64,000 nucleotides of DNA, taken from Malacoraja senta (taxonomy: Eukaryota). The DNA lies in assembly GCA_038087875.1 (NCBI GenBank), contig CM075988.1, forward strand, positions 6,636,001 through 6,700,000, written 5' to 3'. Numbering within the stretch: position 1 is the stretch's first letter; the number at the start of each line of letters is the position of its first letter. This document shows positions 24,001 to 32,800 of this stretch, piece after piece. A program made the position numbers and the translations under genes. The notes under the pieces are model-generated. The model was not told where the DNA came from. It ran no database searches and was given only the letters and a program-made list of their open reading frames with translations.

Positions 24001-27000
24001 AAGATAGACATAAAGTGCTGGAGTAATTCAGCAGGTCAGGCAGCATCTCTACAGACAAAGGATGGGTGAGGTTGTGGGCTTCTTCAGACTATCTATCAGA
24101 GTCACTTATCTACTCTTATTTATGTTTACATTACAGAGGGGGGCATCACATTCTGGCATTTGCTGCTATCAGCGGATGTCCACACTTACACATACGTGGA
24201 GTGCTCACTGACCCACTCCCGCTAACTGTAACATCCCACACAATACTAACCTGCATTAGTTTCAAGTTGTGACTTGCTATATTTATCAATGATTCTCTTA
24301 CAAACCATGGCCACAGTTTCAATACTCACAGGCTCACTTCAGACGTCACAGCAATGATCCCAGGTTTACACGTCTGGTAACAAAAGAATAGTTCATTTAA
24401 AATGTGTAAGAAGGAACTGTGGATAGACACAAAGCGCTGGAGTAACTCAGCGCGTCAGGCAGCATCTCTGGAGAAAAAGGACTGGTGACGATTTGGGCAG
24501 GGACTGCAGATGCTGGTTTATACAGAAGATAGACTCAAAACGCTGAACGCAGATCAGTCTGAAGAAGGGTTCCGACCTGAAATGTCACCTATTCCTTTTC
24601 TCAAGAGATACTGCCTGACCCGCTGATTTACTCCAACATTTTGTGTCTAATTGTAATATCATTTAAAATGGCATTTTATCATTCATCATTCATCGAGAAT
24701 CATTCATCATTCATGACCAACAACCCAATTTTCTTTTCCCTCTATGCTCTTGGGTCAGGGCATGGTGGTGCAGCGGGAGGGTTGATGCCTTACAGAGCCA
24801 GAGACCCAGGTTCGATCCTGACTACGAGTGCTGTCTGTACAGAGTTTGTACGTTCTCCCTGTGACCGCGTGGGTTTTCTCCGGGTGCTCCAGTTTCCTCC
24901 CACACTCCAAAGACGTACAAGTTTGTAGGTTAACCGCTTCAGTAAAATTGTAATTTGTCCCCAAGGTGTGTAGGATAGTGTTAGTGTGTGGTGATCGTTG
25001 GTCAGTGGGGGCTCGGTGGGGTCAGTCTTTATCATCCTGGGCAAGTGTTCCAACTATGGAACCCCTGGCTGCTCTGCTTGCTGGGGACAATATGCTCATC
25101 TGCAAAACCCTTGACCCAGTTGAAAATAAAATCAGCTCACAGCACCAGCTACTGTCTGTGAGAGGAGCAGTCACATAGAGGCTGAGAGCCACGTCACCCA
25201 CTGCTAGCATCACCGTTCATGCGTAAACATCTCCAAGCACTTACCCTTCAAAGAAAAATAATGCTCATGTTAGGTTTGTGTTTAAACTCTGTTAGGTCTC
25301 TTTCCGTTTACAATGCCCTATGTCAGAGGGTGGTGAATCTGTGGAATTATTTGCCACAGAAGGCTGTAGAGGCAAACTCAGTGGATATTTTTAAGGCAGA
25401 GATAGATAGATTCTTGATTCGTACGGATGTCAGAGGTTATGGGAAGAAGGCAGGAGAATGGGGTTAGGAGGGAGAGATAGATCAGCCATGATTGAACGGC
25501 GGAGTGGACTTCACTGGGCCGAATGGCCTAAATCTGCTCCTATTCCTTATGACCTTATGACCTATGTTCCCACCTCTCTCGGATTCCACATCAGAGCAGT
25601 GAATTCCTCTCTGTTGTTGGAATATTGACTACAAATTTTGTAAAATTTACTGTATTGCAAACTTTTTAACAATTTATAATAGCAGTATTCATAAGCAAAC
25701 TTGTTACTCATAACATCATATGGCGGGAGAGGCAGGAGGGTGAGGGGTGATCTTATAGATGTGTACAAAATCATGAGTGGAATAGATCGGGTAGTCGCAC
25801 AGAGTCTTTTGACCAGGGTAAGGGAATCGAGAACCAGAGGATATATGTTTAAGGTGAGGGGGAAAAGATTTAATGGGAACCTGAGGGATAAAGTTTTTAC
25901 ACAAAGGATGGTGGATATATGGAACGAGCTGCTGGAGGAGGTAGTTGTGGTAGGTTCTATCGCCACATTTAAGGAACATTTGAACAGGTGCATGGACAGG
26001 GCAGGTTTAGAAGAATATGGGCAGGTGGGAATAGTGTAGATGGGACATGATGGTCAGCATGGGCAAGTTGGGCTGAAAGGCCTGTTTCCATGCTGTATGA
26101 TTCTATGATTAAAATCAGCCCAGGATATTTGGGCTTTTTTATTTATAGAGAATACCTATTTATGGAAACGTTATAGGAAACTTATGTAGAGAAATACAGA
26201 TTTGGCTGCAGCCTATACATAACACTACAAAGCAAACTCCCTCCAACTCAAAACAGGCTGCGTCAATCCTTTACAATTTTGGATTAATGACAGGATGAGA
26301 CGAGCTGAAGATGCTGGGCTGGCTGGCAATTGAAGCTGATCTCTTTCACTAACTTCCTGCTGTTCTCCACTAGTTTGGCCTCCATGCAACTAACGTGGGT
26401 GACTCTCCGCTGATCTCTGCAGCGTCCCAACACCTTCTTCTGGATAACTCGAAATGGCAGCGTGCCAACCGAGCTGGGAAACTTAACTCCGGGGAATTCA
26501 TTTAATTTATGGTGCACAGGAGGATGAGGGGTCACCTTATTGAGGTGCATAAAATCAAGAGAGGAATCGATCGGGTAAATGCACAGACTTTTTCCCCAGA
26601 ATAGGGGAATCAAGAACTAGAGGGCATACTGTAGGTTTACGATAGACAAAAAAAGCTGGAGAAACTCAGCGGGTGAGGCAGCATCTATGGTGCGAAGGAA
26701 TGGGCGAGACCGCTGAGACCTCGACCCGAAACGTCGCCTGTTCCTTCGCTCCATAGATGCTGCCTCATCCGCTGAGTTTCTCCAGCTTTTTTGTCTATCT
26801 TTGATTTTTCCAGCATCTGCAGTTCTTTCTTAAACATACTGTAGGTTTAAAGTGAGGGGGGGGAAGATTTAATAGGCATCTGAGGGGTAACGTTTTTTAC
26901 ACAAAGGGCGGTGGGTATGGAACAAGCAGCCAGAGGAGGTAGTTGAGGAATATACTATCATAAGTACATCTAAAAAGCATTGGACAAGTACATGGATAGG

Positions 27001-27392
27001 ATAGGTTTACAGGGATATGGGCCAAGTGTGGGCAGGTGGGGCTAGTGTAGATGAGCACATTGGTTGGTATGGGCCAGTTGGGCCGAAGGGCCTGTTTCCA
27101 TGCTGTATGACTCTATGACTCTCGATAACACTGTCCACAGCCATCAGGTTGTGGATTAGAAGGGGAGACTAGCTGGAAACAACATCTGATCAATGTTGTT
27201 TATCTTTTAACAGAGAAATTAACTTTTCCTTCGGCAAAGACCTACCTTGAAGAGCCAACGGCACAAACCAAAACTCTCGAGGACATCGAAGTAGGTGAGG
27301 AGGCTGATGACTGAGAGCACACTGAAGATGATGGCAGACCCACAGAGGTCAGCTACAGTTCCAAATAGACCCCGGAACACCAGCAGGTCCAT
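11962..27392 (-). CDS. Putative membrane-anchored mini-plakin (N-terminal TM segment + plakin-domain SR8-SR9-like repeats), about 350-365 aa, 8-9 coding exons
   Basis: Six consecutive GT-AG exons (21141-21273, 19087-19343, 16512-16674, 14812-14898, 13397-13495, 11962-12054) splice into one open frame that aligns by eye with the end of the plectin/dystonin plakin domain. Phase-compatible upstream exons at 26.4 kb and 27.3 kb supply a Kozak ATG and a hydrophobic helix. Confidence 0.75.
13397..13495 (-). CDS. Mini-plakin exon (QIKLQAASFKQSMTQHQPASAVKPELTYTLQGE)
   Basis: 99 nt, strong acceptor tttcttttcttccag|, donor GAG|gtagca; compare plectin DYELQLVTYKAQL...VIQE. Confidence 0.75.
14812..14898 (-). 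CDS. Mini-plakin exon (VKVILNHFFSALQLGKCWRAMSECVRAFE)
   Basis: 87 nt, phase 0/0, donor GAG|gtaaga; compare plectin ...KVEECQRFAKQYINAIK. An in-frame alternative acceptor lies at 14859. Confidence 0.7.
15380..16140 (+). mobile_element. Old degenerate CR1-type LINE fragment
   Basis: FADDT motif (tttgctgatgatacaaa) and a decayed 3' region. Confidence 0.65.
16512..16674 (-). CDS. Mini-plakin exon (IKLLTGFASCLESYQLCYCPLRAWVMQTHRFQEWIHTVQCESKLVIIKNLGHQK)
   Basis: 163 nt, tttcag|...AAG|gtgaga. Ungapped 54-aa match to plectin QRELEQLGRQLRYYRESADPLGAWLQDARRRQEQIQ...; the L..Y.....PL.AW.......QE.I pattern includes the spectrin-repeat Trp. Confidence 0.85.
17450..18086 (+). mobile_element. LINE 3' fragment (RT C-terminus) with AATAAA and (TTA)n tail
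   Basis: LFRAYCTPLY...LWSNY...LQRLKVAYNDAMR; the clade is not determined. Confidence 0.75.
18219..18246 (+). ncRNA. Minimal hammerhead ribozyme motif
   Basis: Identical to the 6675 core; the insert is flanked by the direct repeat ATCCTTTATCT (18210-18220, 18312-18322). Confidence 0.65.
18519..18840 (+). repeat. Tandem repeat, about 5 x 66 bp, derived from the PLE terminal repeat
   Basis: Unit acatcacctctccatgttctccag(a/g)gatgctgcctg...gagttactccagcactctgtgaa, starting at 18519/18585/18651/18717/18783. Confidence 0.92.
19087..19343 (-). CDS. Mini-plakin exon (NLHQEINQVDDSLWRL...RDRQRIQLLHSKLHTMKTYTEER)
   Basis: 257 nt, ctctctttacag|...AG|gtgagg. The end aligns with plectin RWRERVAQLLERWQAVLAQTDVR, including the split Arg codon. 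Confidence 0.8.
19617..19644 (-). ncRNA. Minimal hammerhead ribozyme motif
   Basis: CUGAUGA-A-GGGU-CCCG-ACCC-GAAA-CGUC, in the sense orientation of the mini-plakin intron. Confidence 0.65.
21141..21273 (-). CDS. Mini-plakin exon (YSDARSKSYRALSLIVEKVMLLESNLCTSDSQQCHHPMYRKKLR)
   Basis: 133 nt, ttttatag|...AGG|gttagt, phase 2 to 0, like the plectin LKTISLVIRG...KASLK exon (recalled). Confidence 0.7.
22187..22480 (-). mobile_element. RLE-type (HERO/NeSL-like) LINE 3' fragment
   Basis: EAYEWKRHRY...GWRARLRPVEVGCRGF restriction-like endonuclease motif. Confidence 0.8.
22524..22551 (+). ncRNA. Minimal hammerhead ribozyme motif
   Basis: CUGAGGA-A-GGGU-CUUG-ACCC-GAAA-CGUC. Confidence 0.6.
22845..23129 (-). 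mobile_element. HE1/V-SINE-like SINE, well preserved
   Basis: ggcacggtggcgcagcggtagagttgctgccttacag...ggttcgatcc head, full body and tail. Confidence 0.85.
23137..23210 (-). CDS. Mini-plakin optional exon candidate (LTFLSNLGGDTPSGPFNLSHLLFV)
   Basis: Strong acceptor ctttgctctttcag|, donor AA|gttaga (phase 0 to 2). It would bridge donor 26395 to acceptor 21273 in frame. Confidence 0.25.
24352..25560 (+). repeat. Dispersed duplication, copy 2
   Basis: See 5924-7570; lacks about 0.45 kb that is present in copy 1. Confidence 0.9.
26354..26439 (-). CDS. Mini-plakin putative exon 2 (KKVLGRCRDQRRVTHVSCMEAKLVENSR)
   Basis: Phase-0 acceptor atccag| matches the previous donor. Donor AA|gttagt (26354, phase 2) joins 21273 in frame. 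Alternative donor CAC|gttagt at 26395 (phase 0). Confidence 0.45.
26640..26834. mobile_element. Short palindromic PLE-terminus insertion with 15-bp TSD, nested in a CR1 fragment
   Basis: Inverted arms; flanked by CATACTGTAGGTTTA (26625-26639, 26835-26849). Confidence 0.8.
27246..27392 (-). CDS. Mini-plakin putative first coding exon (MDLLVFRGLFGTVADLCGSAIIFSVLSVISLLTYFDVLESFGLCRWLFK)
   Basis: Strong Kozak GCCATGG at 27392 (alternative in-frame ATG at 27407). Acceptor cttttctcgtcag| at 27462, donor AAG|gtagg, GC3-rich codons, about 20-aa hydrophobic stretch. Confidence 0.6.
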
Positions 27393-27527
27393 GGCGAGGA
27401 ACAGCATGGGGCAGTCACAAAGAGGCCAGGCGGCCACTCGAGCTGAGAGCGAGGAATTCACTCTGACGAGAAAAGTATACAGTTGAAATCTCTCAGCTAT
27501 CCTTTACTGAACACTCTTATCCCTTGT

Positions 27528-27555
27528 CTGAAGAAGGGTCTCAACCCGAAACGTC
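27528..27555 (+). ncRNA. Minimal hammerhead ribozyme motif
   Basis: CUGAAGA-A-GGGU-CUCA-ACCC-GAAA-CGUC. Confidence 0.6.
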
Positions 27556-28581
27556 ACCTATTCCTTTTCTCCAGAGATGCTGCCTGACCCGCTGAGTTAC
27601 TCCAGCATTTTGTGTCTGCCTTCCCTTTAACTTTAGTTGGGTCTTTCTCTCAACAACACTCTACCTTGCCCTTTCCTCCTCGCTCCTCAGTGTCTCTCTC
27701 TCACACTCTGCAGTTTCCCAGCTCAATTCTCACTCTATCTCTTGCTTCAATGATTGTGTTTCTGCTTCTATTTGTTCTGCCTCTCACCCCACCCTTTCCC
27801 TTGAATTTCGTTTCTCCTCAACTTAAAATTCTTGATCACTGTCTCTGCCCATCAACTCCCCTGCTTCTCTCCACTGGCTTCTCCCTCTCTCTGCCCCCCC
27901 CCCCCCCCCCCCCGGTGCTCCTGGCTTTAATCTCTCTATACCCCTAGGGTTCTCTCCACTGTTTCTCTGACTGCTGCTCTCTATTCCAGCGTTGAACTGT
28001 ACCTGTACAACTCTCAGTTAGGTGATTAAGTTACTTTGCTCCCTCCCTCTCGGGGAGTTTCACTGACGAATCACTCGAACCTTCCCCTTGGCTTCACATC
28101 GATCAGTTACAATCCCACCCTGCCACACATTGAACAGGAGAGCTATTGCTTTATTTCAGTGGCTCATCTTGAAAGACCGGTTATCAAAAATGTGAATGCC
28201 AGAAACAAAGGGTGACAAATTCCCGCCCTCTGAATGCAATGCTCAAATCAGCTGGTCAATGTAAAACTGGCATGAACATAATTCAAACTCCTGATTCATT
28301 GGTAGTTTCTGAAGTTGGTTTACAAAACTTTATTGAAATTGAGATTTGTAAACAGAAGCTGAAAATCCCAAATCCTTCTGTTTATCTACGCCCATATTGC
28401 TTGCACATCCTGTTGTTGGAGTGTACCTTTCTCCCTCGTTACTGTTAGGCTCCCCAAAACACTCCCTCGTTCCGCGTTGCAATCACCCTATTAGTCAGAC
28501 TCCGATTCTGCTGATAACATTCCAGAAAATACAAAAGTCCGAGGTGGGGTGGAACATCTTATCTCTCTTCGTGTATCCTAA

Positions 28582-29222
28582 AGAGCCTGTCCCACTTGGC
28601 CGTCATTTGCGCCTCATTTACGCGTCATATGTAAAATAGGTAGGTGCGTCGTGACGCATGGGGTGTGTGTGGGTAATGCACGCATTGCGTATGGTGAGGC
28701 GTGGAATCGCATGCAGTAGCGCGCGGTATCAGGCGGCACTCCAGGATTTCGTATTGTAGCGAAATCCACGTGGGCCATCTGCGTGACGTATCACGTACGC
28801 ACGCTGACGCATTGGCTACGCACGTTGTATCGCGTGGTGACGCATGGTTACATCACCGTCCATAAACATGCGCCGCCGCGCACCGCCCATACGCGGTTGG
28901 CCCGCCTTTTACGCGTCATGTAACCTCTAACCTCGTCCACACAGACTTCTTCCTGGGTTTCTTGCTAGCCTTTCTTGTTGTACCCCTGCCTGGCTGATCT
29001 GTAAGTATGAGGGCTGCTGCTAACAGATGTCTCTGTTGTTGCTGTAGCAATAAAATCTGTAGTTCTTCCATGATGGAGAATAGGGAAGCTGGGTATTCTA
29101 ATGACATCACGCGCACCAGACGGCTGTGCTGACGCATGATGATGCATGATTTGCGTGCGACGACCTATTTTACATATGACGTGTAAATGAGGCGCAAATG
29201 ACGGCCAAGTGGGACATGCCCT
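28582..29222. mobile_element. PIF/Harbinger-type MITE with about 60-bp TIRs
   Basis: AGAGCCTGTCCCACTTGGCCGTCATTTGCGCCTCATTTA... and its inverted copy; TAA TSD; CpG-rich interior. Confidence 0.85.
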
Positions 29223-29693
29223 TAATTCTCTGCCTTTACAGAGCTTGACGCACGTGGATTTTTGGTTGTTATTCTTTTCTCCCTGGCCTGTCCATTAGAT
29301 TGTTTTCCCTGAACCTGATCACCTTTCATCAGCTCTGATGGAAAGTTATCAACCTGAAACATTGAACTGCTCCTCTCTCCACAGATGCTACCTAACCTGC
29401 AGAGTGCTTTCTGTTGTTTACAAAAAAGAACACACAAAGTGCTGGAGTAACTCAGCGGGTCAGGTTCAGAGGTTCAAAGTTCTCCAATGAGGTAGATGGG
29501 AGGTCAGGGCCGCAATCTAGCCCTTGAAAGGACAGTTCAGTTGCTTGATAACAGTTGGGAAGTAACTGTCCCTGAATTTTGGACACAAGCAATAAGAGAT
29601 AATAGACCAAAACTGACATTTTGTGCAGTGGTAATTGTTAAGGAGTTACTTTGAGAAAAAGAGGAGTTGAAAAATCATCATGTTTCAAGAGGG

Positions 29694-29875
29694 TAGACAA
29701 AAATGCTGGAGAAACTCAGGGCGTGAGGCAGCATCTATGGAGTGAAGGAAATAGGCAACGTTTCGGCCCGAAACGTTGCCTATTTCCTTCGCTCCATAGA
29801 TGCTGCCTCACCCGCTGAGTTTCTCCAGCATTTTTGTCTACCTACGATTTTCCAGCAACTGCAGTTCCTTCTTAA
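29694..29875. mobile_element. Short palindromic PLE-terminus insertion with 14-bp TSD
   Basis: About 75-bp arms centred on AACGTTTCGGCCCGAAACGTT; flanked by ATGTTTCAAGAGGG (29680-29693, 29876-29889). Confidence 0.8.
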
Positions 29876-32800
29876 ATGTTTCAAGAGGGGATTACAGGGC
29901 CGAAGAGTGCACGTTCAGTCTTCAGGGGTAAGGTTGTTTCTGCTCAGGTCACTTGGCATGTTACCTTCATACCATTTGCAAAGCTGCCTTCGCAGCACCA
30001 AAGCCAAAGAACCAGATCAGGCGCAATGGACCAAATTGCCTTTCAATGCAGCGATTCAAACCAAAGGTTGCCACAGTGATAAAGTGTAACTCACCCTGAT
30101 CTCTTCACACTTAACCCAGTCTCCATCTTCACACAAACCCTTCAGCAGTCTCAGCCTGTGCGATTGTAATGATGTGAACGCGAATAAACTTTACTCTCTA
30201 TTCATGCTTTATATTTCCAGTAAAGCCACTAGAATAGGGAAGAGATGTTGAAGAGATTCTTTGAATTCCTTTGCTTGTGAACAGTGAGTAATGTTGGTGG
30301 CATTGGTACATTATTGTCATGTCTGCTGGTGTTGGTCATACAAAGTAGATGACCTTTTTAAGAGCTTCAAACATTCCTTGGTTACAAAGACCCTCTCGCT
30401 TTACTCTCACATCAACTGGTTTACTTTTGCTCTCTCTGCGCCAATGCTGTATCTCCACTCTGTTAGATTAAACCTATTGCAGATATTATGTGAAAATGTG
30501 GGTTCGAATTTTGAAATTCAAGTGCTAGTTTCGATTAACAGGCACAAAGGTGAATACCAATAAGCTGTGGAACATTTTGGAATGACCCAAGAATACAATA
30601 TTTTTAGTGTAAAAATAGGACCTTTCTTGCAAGGATGTAAAGCGCTCACGCCCTAGTAGGGAAACAATATATAGCAAAAATGCTGTATCAGAACTTACAG
30701 CATTATTCTTTAAAAAAACACACGTTGAGGGGACGGGACCCAACGGGTCCCCCTTGGTCTAGTTATTCTTTAAATTGTTTTCAGAAAGACAAAATACCTT
30801 AAAAGTAATTTCTCTATTCCACGTCTGTTGCCAGCAGCAACAAAATCCGGCGAGGGGCACACCCAATTGGCGAGGCTCATTATTTAGCTTGCCTCTCTCT
30901 CGTGAAGTATAAAAGTCTGGCTAAAAGTTGGAAAGGACCTTCAATCTCACCAGGCAGCTGACAAAACGTATTGAATGTCATAAACCAGAATACAAACTGA
31001 CTGAGGTGCTTAAAAATGTTTTGGAAAGTGTAAATGAATTCTGTCTTCAAGTGTAAAAACCTAGACATTTAGAGCGAGGGGATTGTAGAAGGAAAATTAG
31101 CACACCATTTTCAACAAATCCACAAAAAATTCCAGGTCCCAGATAGGAGAATTTAAGTTTCTGGAAGCAGGAGAAAGATTTGTGAAATAAGGATACCAAA
31201 GAATTTGGTGCAAGGAAATTGATGGAACAGAACACATGATGAATGTTTAAGGGGTTGTTGTTATTTTTGAAGTTTGCTAAATTTCTCCAAAAATAATTTT
31301 AGTTCTAATATAAAATGTACTTGGACAGTAGAAGTATTGATTAAAGGAGAATGGTTTCGGCAAAACACATCACTATTCGGGCAGCTTTTTTCATTTACTG
31401 CTCTTTGCTCCAAGGCAACAAATTATGATGGATGTACAGTAGGTCATAGAGTCATGCAACATGGAAGCAGACCCTTCGGCCCAACTGGTCCTTGCTGCCC
31501 TATCTAAGCTAGTCCCATTTGGCCACGTTTGGCACATATCCGTCTAAACCTTCCCCATCCATGTACTGACTTGTAACTGCTGGCAATAAATGGTTAGTGA
31601 AGTTAAAGTGGAAAATAAAACCTCAAAACATACATTAAAAAAAGGACTGGGGAAGAATAAAGACCAAAAATAAATCTATAAAACGAATCTCAAGCTTGGG
31701 GGTTGAGCTTAGATGCAACACTAAGACTTGGCCAGCCTACGAAATAAACAAACCTGATGAGCAGTTTCAAGTCTAATGTGAATTGGAAATGGGAAATCTA
31801 CGTATGCTTTTCCCTCTCCAAACATGTTGATTGTTGCCATTTTCAAACGTTGCAAAGGTCTTTTATTGTCACAGATACCAATTAAGGTACAGTGATATGT
31901 GAATTACCATTCAGCCAGACGGGAAAAAAGCGACAAGACACACGACTACATAAAAGTTAACATAAACATCCAGCACAGCGGATTCCCCACATTCCTCACT
32001 GTGATGGAAGGCAATAAAGTCCAATCTTCTTCCTCTTTATTCTCCCGCGGTCGGGGCAGTCGAACCATCCATCGGGGTGATCGAAGCTCCCGCAGCCGGC
32101 GGTCGAAGCCCCCGCGTCGGGGCAATTGAAACTCCCGCGTCAGGGCGATCGAAACTCCCGCGGCTTGGAGTCCCCGATGTTGGTCCCTGACAAGACTGCG
32201 GGCTCCGTGATGTTAAAGTCCACAAGTACCCACGGTTGGAGATCCGAGGTTGACCCCTGGCAAAGGGAACGCGAGCTCCGCGATTGTTAGTCAGCAGGCA
32301 CCCGCAGTGGAGCTCTGAAAGTCGGTCTCCAGCAAAGGCCGCCAACTCCTCGATGTTAGGCCGCAGTGCGGACGGAGATACGTACGGGAAAAAAAAGCAT
32401 CTCCTTTGCGGTAAGAGCTTAGAAAACGTTTCCCCCAACCACCCACCCCCCCTCCCACATAAAACAAGCTAAAGAACACTAAAAACATCCATTTAACACA
32501 TACAATTAAACACAAAGGAAATAAAGGACAGACTGTTGGCGAGGCAGCCATTGCTGGCGCTACCCGGTAGTTCATTTTACCTTTTACATATAAAACACTT
32601 GAACCATAATATTATTTAGGTGTCATCTGGGCTCACTCATACTCAAATTAAACTCTAGATTCATGACTCACTCTAAAACGAGGGCACTAAAATATAATCT
32701 AATGTTGCAATGCAAATCTGAGAGTATTTCTAGACGTGCCATCCCTAAGATGGACAAATATTCCAAACATACTGTTTTCAACCAGCCAACATCAACAGGT

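Larger units (their letters stand above)
25725..27122 (+). mobile_element. Two CR1-type 3' fragments (about 25725-26110 and about 26515-27122) flanking the candidate 26.4-kb exon
   Basis: RRVRGDLIDVYKIMSGIDRV...; gggcctgtttccatgctgtatga tails. Confidence 0.75.

Noticed and set aside
30860..30915. CCAAT and TATAAAAG promoter-like motifs on the plus strand
   Set aside because: No plus-strand gene was found downstream, and such motifs are common by chance.
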